A DNA stretch of 63,015 nucleotides, filler included, from an uncultured Methanosarcinales archaeon (GCA_964492935.1; 3 parts of 2 records of this genome joined end to end with filler, not necessarily neighbours in it); one strand, 5' to 3'. Counted from the whole stretch's first letter, positions 35,561 through 45,620 are shown. Notes: a model not told the origin generated them from the letters alone. Program-made: numbers and translations.

Positions 35561-36397
35561 ATGAAAGAAAGAGTGACTATTACGTTGGAAGAGGATTTGG
35601 TCGATGAGTTAGATAAGCGTATAGATAAAGATAGGTATAAGAATCGTTCGCAGCAAATTAATGCTTTGTTAACTGACAGTTTGGGATTGGATGTTCCTTC
35701 GAAAGCGGTGATATTAGCTGGCGGTAAGGGTACGCGCTTGCATCCTTTGACTCTGAAGATACCGAAAGGTCTTGTAGAGGTGCAGGGTAAGACGATTACT
35801 GAGCATTTATTTGATTTGTTGAAGAAGTACGGTGTTCGGGAGGCGGTACTTTCTATTGGACATTTGCGTCAGCAGTTTAAGGATTACTTTACTGATGGTA
35901 GCAAGTTTGGGATGCAGGTGGATTATATTGAGGAGAAAGAAGCGTTGGGAACGGCTGGTCCTTTGCTTTTGTATAAGGATAAGTTGACGGATACGTTTAT
36001 TTGTTCTAATGGTGATGAATTAAAAAATATTAATATCGCTCGGATGTATCGATTGCATAAGCGGAAGCATGCTCTTGCAACACTTGCTTTGACTTCGGTG
36101 GAGGATCCTTCGCAATATGGGGTTGCTCGGATGGATGGTACGCGTATATTGGAATTTGTTGAGAAGCCTAAGAAATCGGAAGCGCCTTCTAATTTGATTA
36201 ATTCTGGCTTTTACATTATTGAACCTGAGGTCTTGGAGATGATTCCTCGCGGTTTTTCGATGTTGGAGAAAGATGTTTTTCCTAAATTAGCGTCGTCTGG
36301 TGATTTGCGTGGTTTTGTTTTCTCAGGTCAGTGGATGGATGCGGGGACGCATGAAAGGCTTGCTTATGCTCGGAAAGAGTGGAAAGGGATTGAGTAG
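35561..36397 (+). CDS. Ribbon-helix-helix domain fused to NDP-sugar pyrophosphorylase
   Basis: MKERVTITLEEDLVDELD...NRSQQI (CopG-like) followed by ILAGGKGTRL...PK, LGTAG, NGD, FVEKP. Confidence 0.88.
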   Translation: MKERVTITLEEDLVDELDKRIDKDRYKNRSQQINALLTDSLGLDVPSKAVILAGGKGTRLHPLTLKIPKGLVEVQGKTITEHLFDLLKKYGVREAVLSIGHLRQQFKDYFTDGSKFGMQVDYIEEKEALGTAGPLLLYKDKLTDTFICSNGDELKNINIARMYRLHKRKHALATLALTSVEDPSQYGVARMDGTRILEFVEKPKKSEAPSNLINSGFYIIEPEVLEMIPRGFSMLEKDVFPKLASSGDLRGFVFSGQWMDAGTHERLAYARKEWKGIE

Positions 36398-36461
36398 TTC
36401 GTAAATTATATAAATGAATATTGGTTACTAAACTTAACAATTGTTAATTTGAGGTGGAATT

Positions 36462-37070
36462 ATGGCTGAATTACCGAAACTTGAATACTCATATGATGCA
36501 TTGGAGCCGCACATTGATGCAGCTACGATGGAGATTCATCATTCTAAACATCATCAGGGGTATACGGATAAGTATAACGCTGCGGTTGAGGGGACTGAGT
36601 TTGCAGACATGTGTGTTTGTGATGTGTTAAGGAAGCTTGATAGTGTTCCTGAGGATATTCGAAAGGCGGTTAGAAATAATGGCGGCGGATTCTGTAATCA
36701 TCGGTTGTTTTGGAAGGTTATTGGTCCGAATGCTGGAGGAGAGCCGACGGGTGATTTACTTGATGCTGTTAAGGCTAAGTTTGGCAGCTTTGACAAATTT
36801 AAAGAGGATTTTTCTGCAGCTGCAGCTACGCAGTTTGGTTCTGGTTGGGCGTTTTTGGTTATTAGTGGTGGTGAGTTGTCGATTGTGCAGAAGCCGAATC
36901 AGGATAGTCCGTTATCGGATGGTCAGTATCCTTTGCTTTGTATTGATGTTTGGGAACATGCTTATTATTTGAAATATCAGAATAAGAGGCCTGATTATAT
37001 TGCAGCGTTTTGGAATGTTGTGAACTGGAAGGTTGTTGAAGAGCGGTATGCGAAGGGGTTGGAGAAATGA
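36462..37070 (+). CDS. sod: Fe/Mn superoxide dismutase
   Basis: [20 protein letters not shown]. Confidence 0.96.
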   Translation: MAELPKLEYSYDALEPHIDAATMEIHHSKHHQGYTDKYNAAVEGTEFADMCVCDVLRKLDSVPEDIRKAVRNNGGGFCNHRLFWKVIGPNAGGEPTGDLLDAVKAKFGSFDKFKEDFSAAAATQFGSGWAFLVISGGELSIVQKPNQDSPLSDGQYPLLCIDVWEHAYYLKYQNKRPDYIAAFWNVVNWKVVEERYAKGLEK

Positions 37071-37612
37071 GTTTGTTGAAGTCTGATCCGGATGCTTTGG
37101 CTCAAGGTGCTAGTGCTCCTGACTTTTCTTTAATGAATACTGTTGATGGTTCTACTGTTTCGTTGTCTGATTTTTCGGGAAAGGCGGTTGTGGTGTTGTT
37201 TATGTGCAATCACTGTCCGTTTGTTATTCCTAAGTTTGAGGAGATAGCTTCATTACAGAATGAGTTTTCGGATATTGTTATGTTGTGTGTGAATGCTAAC
37301 TCTCCAGATATTGTTCCAGATGATGGTCCTGAGCAGATGAAACGGGTTGCTGGTGAGCAGGGTTTTACTTATTATTTGTTTGATGAGAGTCAAGAGGTTG
37401 CTAAGGCATATGGTGCTGTTTGTACTCCCGATCCGTTTGTTTTTGATGCTTCGCATAAACTCGTGTTTCATGGTAGAATTAATGATGCGATGAATCCTGA
37501 TTCGGTTGCTTCACAACATGATCTGCGTGATGTGTTGTCGAAAGTGGTTGCTGGCGAGGCTGTTGAAAACTGGTTTGAGCCTTCACAAGGCTGTAGCATT
37601 AAGTGGAAATAA
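37067..37612 (+). CDS. Thioredoxin-fold AhpC/TSA-like protein
   Basis: [23 protein letters not shown]. Confidence 0.9.
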   Translation: MSLLKSDPDALAQGASAPDFSLMNTVDGSTVSLSDFSGKAVVVLFMCNHCPFVIPKFEEIASLQNEFSDIVMLCVNANSPDIVPDDGPEQMKRVAGEQGFTYYLFDESQEVAKAYGAVCTPDPFVFDASHKLVFHGRINDAMNPDSVASQHDLRDVLSKVVAGEAVENWFEPSQGCSIKWK

Positions 37613-37615
37613 AAA

Positions 37616-37810
37616 TTATTTCTTTGTTGAGTGTATTATTACACACACTGCTGAAAGTCCAATTGCGATGTAGACGATTTTCTCTACTAGGGGAATTGAA
37701 CCTAATAGTGTTTGGACGAGATTGAAGTTGAACAATCCGATCAGTCCCCAATTTAAGCCGCCAATAATGGTCAGCCATAATGCTGTTTTCTGTAGTTGTG
37801 CACTTACCAT
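37616..37810 (-). CDS. DUF378 family small membrane protein
   Basis: IIGGLNWGLIGLFNFNLV. Confidence 0.85.
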   Translation of the reverse strand: MVSAQLQKTALWLTIIGGLNWGLIGLFNFNLVQTLLGSIPLVEKIVYIAIGLSAVCVIIHSTKK

Positions 37811-37915
37811 GGTACCACCCCTTTTATACTAGTTTCTTTGTTGTTATTTTTCTATATAAATCTTTTGACAGAAAGGTGTTGATTGGGGCATATGGGGAGA
37901 GTTAGATTCTCAGCT

Positions 37916-38578
37916 TTATTGATTAGCCCTATCTTTGAAGTATCCAACAACTCCAAGAGTGAATGTACTCAGTGCCCCGATTGTAAAAACAATAATTCCC
38001 ATCATGCCAACCCCTAGCATGTCTATTCTAAACCCTGCGCCCACAGCTATTGTTGAGATGAGTGCGAGGATTGTTGCAATGATCCCTCCAGAAGTGAGGC
38101 TCAACACATATTTTCTTCTTTGAGCAAACCCTTCTTTTTTGAGAAGGTTCACGGCAGTATACCCTGAAAGCACTAGTAAAGGAAGGAGTGGCCATCCGAT
38201 CTGAATGATGTCTGGATCAACGATTGCTCCGTGCTTAATCAACTGAAAAAGTAATCCCAATACCATTGAGATAAACCAAATACTGCTTCCGATGAAAAGT
38301 ATTCCATGTATGATCAGATTTGGGGTTTTTGGTGAATGTTTAGTCATCCACATCATAGATATGATTCCGATCCCTGCGGAAATAATGATGGCAGCGATGA
38401 GCACTGCGATACTTGATTGGTCTCGCTGTTGTTGGTGCTGTAGTGATTGTTGATCTTCAATGGATAGCGTATTTGTGGGAATGGGAACAGGGGGTGCAGT
38501 GGGCTTTTCTGCTGCGGTTGCTATGCAGCTGAGAAGGATGAGTAAGGCAAGGAAAGATAGGGCTGTTTGTTTTGGCAT
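37916..38578 (-). CDS. Membrane protein
   Basis: Signal peptide plus about 5 TM segments; GGAGGT RBS. Confidence 0.7.
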   Translation of the reverse strand: MPKQTALSFLALLILLSCIATAAEKPTAPPVPIPTNTLSIEDQQSLQHQQQRDQSSIAVLIAAIIISAGIGIISMMWMTKHSPKTPNLIIHGILFIGSSIWFISMVLGLLFQLIKHGAIVDPDIIQIGWPLLPLLVLSGYTAVNLLKKEGFAQRRKYVLSLTSGGIIATILALISTIAVGAGFRIDMLGVGMMGIIVFTIGALSTFTLGVVGYFKDRANQ

Positions 38579-38640
38579 ACCTCCTGAGTGCAGACATATG
38601 TTTAAAAACCTATTGCATTCTGGAGGATTTGTTGAGGGTG

Positions 38641-38916
38641 TTAGAGATTAAAATCTTCTATGAATCCAAGAATCATCTTGTACTTTTCTAGGTAGTTGAA
38701 GCCTTGGTCGGTTAAGGAGATGTGTTTTCTTCCTTTTTTGTCTTGGTGTTCTTGTACTAATTGTCTTTCTTTTAGTCCTTTCATGTATTCTGTGAATCTT
38801 TGTGAGGAGAGGTTGGAGTAGCGTAATAAGGGCGTGGGTTTTATTTCATTCCGATGGTCTTGTATGATTTTCAACATATCATAGATGACCTGTAATTTGT
38901 CACGTTTCTTTGTCAT
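38641..38916 (-). CDS. Archaeal winged-helix transcription regulator
   Basis: KRDKLQVIYDML...PTPLLRYSNLS...LTDQG. Confidence 0.8.
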   Translation of the reverse strand: MTKKRDKLQVIYDMLKIIQDHRNEIKPTPLLRYSNLSSQRFTEYMKGLKERQLVQEHQDKKGRKHISLTDQGFNYLEKYKMILGFIEDFNL

Positions 38917-39577
38917 TTTTGGGCGTGGTGCGTTGTACTACTTTTGTTAAGATTATGAGGAAAAAGATAATTGCTACTAGGTAGAGTGCTATTTTTGCAG
39001 GTACTAAGAATCTTGGAAGGGTGAAGGCTAGCGTGTTTACGATCCAGATTGCGAATAATAAAAGATAGATGAGATAGATCTTGTTTTGCTTTCTTATGTT
39101 ATCGATGTAGCTTGTTAGGACTGCGTAGATGAGGAGTATTGCCTGGATTGCAATTGCTAGCATTCTTCCTCGGGTGTTGATGGTTGCTGCGGCGATTCCT
39201 ATTGCTATTAGGTGTAGATATATTGGTTTGAGGTGTTTCCAGTGTTTGTAGAGGACGCTGTACGTTAGCGAGAGAACGGCCATGGTTCCCACGTACAATA
39301 GTAGGAATCCGACTAGTGGTCGGCTGATGAAAAGATCTACTCCAAGAATCATTCTCGTGAAGGGGAAGATTATTTGGAGTGTATAGGCTATTGCGAAAAA
39401 GATGAATGTGTTTCTGAAGTATTTGATGCCTTTATGGTTCGTTAGGAGGTAGAGTTCTTTGGTTTTCTGGATAATTAAGATACAGATGATGACTATTATT
39501 ATTGCGTACCAGACTTCTACCCAATGGAGTAGTTTAGAGAATGGCATGATTCTTGCTATCGGTGGCATGATTGGCAT
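38900..39577 (-). CDS. Multi-pass membrane protein
   Basis: About 7 hydrophobic segments; overlaps the wHTH gene. Confidence 0.75.
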   Translation of the reverse strand: MPIMPPIARIMPFSKLLHWVEVWYAIIIVIICILIIQKTKELYLLTNHKGIKYFRNTFIFFAIAYTLQIIFPFTRMILGVDLFISRPLVGFLLLYVGTMAVLSLTYSVLYKHWKHLKPIYLHLIAIGIAAATINTRGRMLAIAIQAILLIYAVLTSYIDNIRKQNKIYLIYLLLFAIWIVNTLAFTLPRFLVPAKIALYLVAIIFFLIILTKVVQRTTPKNDKET

Positions 39578-39730
39578 GTTCTTTATCGGTATTTAAGTGT
39601 TTATAAGAAAAGTGGACTTGAAATGCACATTTTGGCTTCTTCTCGCTTATAAATGAGATTGGTGTTTTTGTTAGTAGGGGTTTTGGTGATGAAAATCGCC
39701 AGACCTACTAAACAAACGAAGGTGAGTGCA

Positions 39731-40312
39731 ATGAACATAAAAAAATTGGGAATGGGAAGTTTGATGCTGATGATGGTATTATCGATGTCGGCAGTAGGAT
39801 TTGCTTTTCCTTTAGAGGAATTTAAGGAAGACTTTAAGGAGCATAGGAGTACGGTGCGTGAATCGTTGAGTACGGGCGATTATAGTTTGTGGCAGACGAC
39901 TTGGAACAAGTTTGCGGACTTGGCTAAACGAATAGCTGGCATTTCTGAGGAGCGATTTGATGAGTTAGCTGCGAAGGTTCAGGAAAAGCAGGCTGAACGG
40001 GAGGTGAAGCATGAAGCGGTTGAAACTGCTCTGGAAGCTGAAGACTACGAAGCGTTTGTGGATGCTGTGGAAGGTAGTGAAAGAGGTTCACATCTTTTAG
40101 AGAGCGTTAACGAAGGCAACTTTGATACGTTCTTGGAGCTTCGTGAAGCTAGAGAGGCTGGAGATCATGAAACTGCAAAGGTACTTGCTGCAGAATTAGG
40201 TTTAGAGAGACCTGATGGGCGTGGTGGCCAACAGCGAGGAGACTTTCAGCGAGGTGACTTTGGTGAAGGAGCTGAAAGAGGTTTTAGGGGCCGAGCTTTC
40301 GGAACTCAGTAA
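39731..40312 (+). CDS. Secreted helical protein with Gly/Arg-rich tail
   Basis: GGTGA RBS then MNIKKLG signal peptide; internal repeat of the GDY/EDY-xx-W/F type. Confidence 0.7.
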   Translation: MNIKKLGMGSLMLMMVLSMSAVGFAFPLEEFKEDFKEHRSTVRESLSTGDYSLWQTTWNKFADLAKRIAGISEERFDELAAKVQEKQAEREVKHEAVETALEAEDYEAFVDAVEGSERGSHLLESVNEGNFDTFLELREAREAGDHETAKVLAAELGLERPDGRGGQQRGDFQRGDFGEGAERGFRGRAFGTQ

Positions 40313-40321
40313 TTTCTTTTT

Positions 40322-40345
40322 GAGGGGATTTCCCCCTCTTTTTTT
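40322..40345 (+). terminator. Stem-loop with T-tract
   Basis: GAGGGG/CCCCTC stem followed by T7 just after the stop codon. Confidence 0.55.
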
Positions 40346-40547
40346 ATTTTAGGTGAAGATTTTCTTCATTAGCGGCAGTGCAGCTACGATCCCCATGATT
40401 AGATAGGTGGTTGCTGATAGACTTAATAGGGGTTCCCAGAGTTTTGCGATCCAGAGAATGAATCCTGCTACGCTCAGCTTTAACAGACTGAAATCGTACC
40501 ATCTTAGTTTTGGAATTTTTTTTGTCTACAAGTTCGAATATGTTCAT
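40344..40547 (-). CDS. Small hypothetical protein
   Basis: 67-aa ORF preceded by GAGGTG. Confidence 0.4.
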   Translation of the reverse strand: MNIFELVDKKNSKTKMVRFQSVKAERSRIHSLDRKTLGTPIKSISNHLSNHGDRSCTAANEENLHLK

Positions 40548-40613
40548 TGTTGCACCTCTGCTTGTTGATGAGGTGATTATTGATTTGCTTCTATAAGAGG
40601 TTTTTGGTTAGAA

Positions 40614-41177
40614 TTAGCTTTTTTTGCATGCTTCGTATTGTGGACAGGTTACTTCATGGTCATTTACCATTCCTACTGCCTGCATGAAGGCGTAGATAAT
40701 TGTGCTTCCTACAAATGAGAATCCTCTGCTTTTGAGGTCTTTGCTTAATGCATCTGATTCTTTGGTTGTTGCTTGGATGTCTTTCATTTTTTTTATTTTG
40801 CCGTCAATCGGTTTGTGGTTGACGAACTGCCAGAGATACTTGTCTAGGGATCCGAATTCTTTCTTTATTTCTAGAACGAGTTGTGCTGCTTTGATTGCTG
40901 CTCGGATTTTTAATTTGTTTCTTATTACTCCGGGGTCTTGCATTAATCTATTGAAGTCATTTTCATCGTATTTTGCTACTTTGTTTACATCGAAATTGTC
41001 AAAGGCTTTGTTGTATGTGTTGCGGCGTTTTAGGATGGTTGCCCACGATAATCCGGCTTGTGCACCTTCAAGAATGAGAAATTCGAATAATGTTTTATCG
41101 TCGTGTACGGGGATTCCCCATTCTTTGTCATGGTAGTCTTGCATGGATTCATGTTCGGACCATTCGCAGCGTTTCAT
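40614..41177 (-). CDS. tag: DNA-3-methyladenine glycosylase I
   Basis: RCEW, YHDKEWG, LEGAQAGLSW, IRNKLKI, NDHEVTC. Confidence 0.95.
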   Translation of the reverse strand: MKRCEWSEHESMQDYHDKEWGIPVHDDKTLFEFLILEGAQAGLSWATILKRRNTYNKAFDNFDVNKVAKYDENDFNRLMQDPGVIRNKLKIRAAIKAAQLVLEIKKEFGSLDKYLWQFVNHKPIDGKIKKMKDIQATTKESDALSKDLKSRGFSFVGSTIIYAFMQAVGMVNDHEVTCPQYEACKKS

Positions 41178-41203
41178 GTAGTGGATTTGGTGAGTTCGCT
41201 TAT

Positions 41204-41656
41204 TTATAACGTTTTCTTATTGTTAAGAAGTTGCTTCATTGATTCATTGAGAACGGGATGGATGAATTCGGGGTCTAAATCATTTAAGGGATCTAGGACG
41301 AAGAATCTTTCTTTGATTCTGGGGTGAGGTACGGTGAGACCATGTTTTTTGATGATTTCGTTGTTGTAGAAGAGGAGATCTAGATCTATGATTCTTGGTC
41401 CATTCTTTTCTTTTCTTATTCTTCCCATGGATTCTTCGATTGCTAGGAGCTTTTTTAGGAGTCCTTCTGGGGTGAAATTGGTTTCTACTTGGACTGCGGC
41501 ATTGAGAAAGAATTCTTTATCTTTTGTGCCGATCGGTTCGGTTTGATAGATTCTGGAGACTTTTACTACTTTGGCGATTTCGTTTATTTTCTCTACCGCT
41601 GTCTTGATGTTTGCTTTTTTGTTTCCCTGATTGGTTCCTAGTGCTATTGCGATCAT
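41204..41656 (-). CDS. folK: 6-hydroxymethyl-7,8-dihydropterin pyrophosphokinase
   Basis: IALGTNQG, FLNAA, GPRIIDLDLL, PHPRIKERFFVL. Confidence 0.95.
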   Translation of the reverse strand: MIAIALGTNQGNKKANIKTAVEKINEIAKVVKVSRIYQTEPIGTKDKEFFLNAAVQVETNFTPEGLLKKLLAIEESMGRIRKEKNGPRIIDLDLLFYNNEIIKKHGLTVPHPRIKERFFVLDPLNDLDPEFIHPVLNESMKQLLNNKKTL

Positions 41657-41985
41657 TTTCTTGTTATTGTAACGGCTGCGTACTTTGTATTTTGTAATGC
41701 TGCTGGCTTTTTAACGGTTACTGTTACGGATGCAGGAATCATCTCTGCTATTTCTTCTGCGATGGTTTCTAATAACTTGTAGGGTTTATTTTCTATTTTG
41801 TTTTTGACTTCTTGGTGTAATGCATAGTAGTCTAGTGTATCTTTAATGTTATCGGAGGTGGCTGCGGGTTGTAGGTCTTTTTGTATGGTTAGGTCTACGA
41901 TTATTTCTTGCTTCGTTTGTTGTTCTTGCTCTGTAATTCCTACGTTGCATTGGAAAATTGCATTTTTTATGATGATGTTATCCAT
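41653..41985 (-). CDS. folB: Dihydroneopterin aldolase
   Basis: GITEQEQ...Q, SDNIKDTLDY, LLETIAE, VKKP. Confidence 0.9.
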   Translation of the reverse strand: MDNIIIKNAIFQCNVGITEQEQQTKQEIIVDLTIQKDLQPAATSDNIKDTLDYYALHQEVKNKIENKPYKLLETIAEEIAEMIPASVTVTVKKPAALQNTKYAAVTITRK

Positions 41986-42766
41986 TGTTGATTGCCTCAG
42001 TTATTTCGATTGCTTGTTTTGCTTCCTTTACATCATGTACTCTTATTATGGTTGCTCCTTTTTGTATTGCTAGGGTGTTTGCTGCTATGGTTCCCGGTAA
42101 TCTTTCTTGTACTGGTGCTTGTGTTAGCTTTTCGATGAACGATTTTCTTGAGGTTCCGATTAAGATTGGGTACTTGAGGCCTTTGAATAGTTCTAGATTG
42201 TTGAGTATTTGTAGATTGTGTTGTAGTGTTTTTCCGAATCCTATTCCTGGATCTAGGATGAGGTTATCGATGCCTGCTTTTTTTGCTGCTTCTATTTGTT
42301 GTTGGAAGAAGTGTTTGATTTCTTTCGTTACGCCTTCGTATTCTGGGTTATTTTGCATGTTTTGTGGGGTGTTTTGCATGTGCATGATGATGACGGGGCA
42401 TTTATGTTTGGATGCGACTTGGATCATGACTGGATTTGTTAATCCGGTGATGTCGTTAATCATGTCTGCTCCTGCTTCTATCGCTGCATTTGCTACCGCT
42501 GGTTTGTAGGTGTCAATTGATAGGGTGATATTGTCTTTTAGAGCTTTTATTATGGGAAGTACTCGTTGTAGTTCTTGCTCCTCAGTTATGGGTGTGGATG
42601 CGGGTCTTGTGGACTCTCCGCCTATATCGATAATGTCGGCTCCGTCTTTGATCATCTGTTTAGCGTGTTTAATTGCTTGTTCTTCGTCTGTGTAGAGTCC
42701 TCCATCTGCAAAGGAGTCGGGCGTTACATTTAGAATTCCCATTATTTTAGTTTTCATATTCGGCAA
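41978..42766 (-). CDS. folP: Dihydropteroate synthase
   Basis: MGILNVTPDSFADGG, GGESTRP, DPGIGFGK, SRKSF, RVHDV. Confidence 0.96.
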   Translation of the reverse strand: MPNMKTKIMGILNVTPDSFADGGLYTDEEQAIKHAKQMIKDGADIIDIGGESTRPASTPITEEQELQRVLPIIKALKDNITLSIDTYKPAVANAAIEAGADMINDITGLTNPVMIQVASKHKCPVIIMHMQNTPQNMQNNPEYEGVTKEIKHFFQQQIEAAKKAGIDNLILDPGIGFGKTLQHNLQILNNLELFKGLKYPILIGTSRKSFIEKLTQAPVQERLPGTIAANTLAIQKGATIIRVHDVKEAKQAIEITEAINNG

Positions 42767-43541
42767 TGAGTTTTTTTGTTATGTTACCTACAGGTAATTT
42801 TCTTTTGTTTAGTTGCGTTATTGGTATTATTCCTTGGGTGGTGAAGGTGATGAAGATTTCATCTGCTTGTTCTAATTGCTTTTTGGTAATTGTTGTCTCT
42901 TTTGTTTTGATGTTGTTGTTAATTGCTAATGCTATTACTTCCTGTCTTGTTATTCCTTTTAGGATTTTTTCTTTTGGTGTTATTAATGTGTTGTTGTGAA
43001 CTATGAAGAGGTTTGAGAAGGAGCCTTCGGTAGCTTGTTGGTTGTTGTTGATTAATAGTGCTTCGATTGCTTTTTGTTGTCGTGCTTTTTGGTTTGTTAG
43101 GACGTTTGGAAGATAGCTAAGCGATTTTATTTCTGGATTGGAGAGGTGTAGGTTTGTGGTTATTGCTTTTATTCCTGTTTTGGGCATCTTTTTGAGTTTG
43201 GATGCGGTGATGATGATAGATTGGTTATGGCAGTTCGTGGATAATCCGGCTGGACCGATGCCTCTTGTTATCGTTACTCTGATTCTTGCTTGGTTCAGGT
43301 GGTTTGCTTTGAGGGTTGCTTGGATTTGTTGCTTTAGCTGTTGTTTGGTTATTTTTATGGGGAGTTTAATGGCGCGAGCTGAGTGTTGTAGTCTTGCGTA
43401 ATGTTCATTGAACTTGTGGATTTCGTTATTGTTAGTTCTGAGCGTTTCGAAGATGCCGTCACCTATTGTTAGGCCATGATCTAGAACGGAGATTTTTGCC
43501 TGGTTTTGAGGGTAGAGTTTACCATTGATCATTATTTGCAT
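42747..43541 (-). CDS. pabC: Aminodeoxychorismate lyase (class IV PLP enzyme)
   Basis: GDGIFETLR, IKSLSY, EGSFSNLF, ILKGITR; position in pab/fol operon. Confidence 0.8.
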   Translation of the reverse strand: MQIMINGKLYPQNQAKISVLDHGLTIGDGIFETLRTNNNEIHKFNEHYARLQHSARAIKLPIKITKQQLKQQIQATLKANHLNQARIRVTITRGIGPAGLSTNCHNQSIIITASKLKKMPKTGIKAITTNLHLSNPEIKSLSYLPNVLTNQKARQQKAIEALLINNNQQATEGSFSNLFIVHNNTLITPKEKILKGITRQEVIALAINNNIKTKETTITKKQLEQADEIFITFTTQGIIPITQLNKRKLPVGNITKKLIAEYEN

Positions 43542-44086
43542 TGTAGGAAGTTCCTCAACAGTTGAAAACCGGCTTTTGTTAATATAGATTCTGGATGGAA
43601 TTGGACTCCGTGCAGTTTTAATTGTTTATTTCTTATTCCCATGATCTGTTTGGTGTTGTTCCAGGCAGTTAGTTCGAAGTCTTCTGGGATGTTTTTTACA
43701 ATAAGTGAGTGATATCGTGCGGCTTTGAATGGTAATTCTATGTTTTTGTAGATGCCTTTTTGGTGGTGGTGGATGAGGTCTTGCATTCCATGCGCTGGTT
43801 TGTTTTTTATGATTTTTGAGCCAAAGACTTCTGCAATGCATTGATGGCCGAGGCAGACTCCTAGTATGGGAATTTTGCCTGCGAACTGTTTGATGATTTC
43901 GTTGGTGTTTCCTGCATCTTTTGGTTTTCCGGGACCAGGAGAGATGATGATGTGCGTGGGTTTGAGATGGAGTACTTCGGGTATGGTAAGGGTATTGCGT
44001 TTTGCTAGGGGTTTGTAGCCGAGTTCGCCTACTCGCTGGACTAGGTTGTAGGCGAATGAGTCGAAGTTGTCGATAATTAAGATCAT
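43532..44086 (-). CDS. pabA: Aminodeoxychorismate synthase component II (glutamine amidotransferase)
   Basis: IDNFDSF, SPGPG, GVCLGHQ, RYHSL, QFHPES. Confidence 0.88.
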   Translation of the reverse strand: MILIIDNFDSFAYNLVQRVGELGYKPLAKRNTLTIPEVLHLKPTHIIISPGPGKPKDAGNTNEIIKQFAGKIPILGVCLGHQCIAEVFGSKIIKNKPAHGMQDLIHHHQKGIYKNIELPFKAARYHSLIVKNIPEDFELTAWNNTKQIMGIRNKQLKLHGVQFHPESILTKAGFQLLRNFLQCK

Positions 44087-45402
44087 AGTGCCTCGATGAT
44101 TGCTTTTGCTTTGTCTAGGGTCTCTTGGTATTCTTTTTTTGGGTTGCTGTCTGCTACTATTCCACCACCTACCTGGATGTAGCCTTTGTTGTTTTTTATG
44201 ATAAGTGTTCTGATAATAATGTTGAAGTCCATTTCGTTGGAGAAGTTGATGAAACCGATGGATCCGGTGTAGAGGTTTCTGGTGACCGGTTCAATTTCGT
44301 CAATGATTTCCATGGTTCTTATTTTGGGGCAGCCTGTTATTGTTCCGCCGGGAAACATGGTTTGAATGGTGTTGAAGACGTCTTTGTTCTTTTGTAGTTT
44401 GCCTTGGATATTGGTTACAAGATGGTAGAGATGAGAATAGTGTTCTATGGTTTTGTGTTCGTTTACTTTTATTGATCCGTATTTGCAGACACGTCCGAGA
44501 TCGTTTCTTTCTAGATCGATGAGCATGTTGTGCTCTTGCTGTTCCTTTTTATCTTGTTTGAATTGTTTGAGGAGTTGTTGGTTGTTTGTTTTGTTGTTTG
44601 TTCTGGGATAGGTTCCACCAATGGGTCTTGTTTCTACTTGGTTATTTTGAACTTTTACAAGATGTTCTGGTGAATTTGAGATTACTTGGAAGTTTTCTAA
44701 TTCTAGGAATGCGGCATAGGGTGATGGGTTGATGGTTTTTAATCGCTTGTAGATTTCAAAGGGATCTTCTTTGATTTCTGTTTCGAATCGTTGTGATATT
44801 TTTATTTGGAAGGAGTCTCCCTCTTCTATGTATTTTTTGCATTTTTTTATTGCTTGTTCGTATTTAATTTTGGTGAAATTTGATTTTAGTTTTGGTTTTT
44901 TGGGTTGAGATTCTGGAGAGGGTTGATGATTTGCTATTTTCTTTTGGATTGTATCGGCTCGTTGTTTGTCTTTTGTGATTATTTTCGCGGTTTTCTTTTT
45001 ATGATCGAAATGAATAATGTCGCGAGGGAAGATGAAGTAGCAATCCGGGAGTTTAAGGTCATCTTTCGCTGTTCTTGGGAGTTTTTCGAAGTGATGTACG
45101 AGATCGTAGCCGAGATAGCCGATGGCGCCTTGGTAGAAGAGGGGTTGTGATTGTTTTCTTTTCACTTGGTGTTTGCTTATGAGTTTTTTTAGTTCTTCTA
45201 CGGGGTTTCCTTTCTTTTTTGTTGTTTTGTTGTTTTTGGTGATGGTGATGGTGTTGCCCTTGCTTTTGAATAGTTGATAGGGATTAAGTGCGATGTAGGA
45301 GTTGTTGCCGTTTTTTTGTGATTCTAGGAGAATGGAATTTTTAGATCTGAGTGCTTCGTACAGTAGAACGGGATCTTGATAGGGAATCGAACGGGTAATC
45401 AT
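44083..45402 (-). CDS. pabB: Aminodeoxychorismate synthase component I
   Basis: LLES, NPSPY, SPE, EHNMLIDLERNDLGRVC, FPGGTITGCPK, GGGIV; folate rather than trp context. Confidence 0.88.
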   Translation of the reverse strand: MITRSIPYQDPVLLYEALRSKNSILLESQKNGNNSYIALNPYQLFKSKGNTITITKNNKTTKKKGNPVEELKKLISKHQVKRKQSQPLFYQGAIGYLGYDLVHHFEKLPRTAKDDLKLPDCYFIFPRDIIHFDHKKKTAKIITKDKQRADTIQKKIANHQPSPESQPKKPKLKSNFTKIKYEQAIKKCKKYIEEGDSFQIKISQRFETEIKEDPFEIYKRLKTINPSPYAAFLELENFQVISNSPEHLVKVQNNQVETRPIGGTYPRTNNKTNNQQLLKQFKQDKKEQQEHNMLIDLERNDLGRVCKYGSIKVNEHKTIEHYSHLYHLVTNIQGKLQKNKDVFNTIQTMFPGGTITGCPKIRTMEIIDEIEPVTRNLYTGSIGFINFSNEMDFNIIIRTLIIKNNKGYIQVGGGIVADSNPKKEYQETLDKAKAIIEAL

Positions 45403-45487
45403 GAAACTAGGGTTTTGGCATAGAATATATAGCTTTTTGTTTATTTTTTTAGGAAGGTTTTATATAGAATCAGGCTATTTGCAATGT

Positions 45488-45616
45488 ATGGTTGAATATA
45501 ACGTAGTGAAGTTTTGCAGGTTCTGTAAGAATAGGTTTGTTGTTGGCAAAAGAGAGGCACGTCGTATGTACTGCGATGCGTGCGAGAAGAAAGTTGCCAA
45601 GATGCCGGATAACTAA
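45488..45616 (+). CDS. 42-aa zinc-finger microprotein
   Basis: MVEYNVVKFCRFC...YCDAC; TTTATATA about 25 bp upstream; stop 4 bp before slyD. Confidence 0.6.
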   Translation: MVEYNVVKFCRFCKNRFVVGKREARRMYCDACEKKVAKMPDN

Positions 45617-45620
45617 GACG

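Noticed and set aside
43532..45402. trpE/trpG anthranilate synthase
   Set aside because: Homologous, but the context is pabC-folP-folB-folK with no trp genes.
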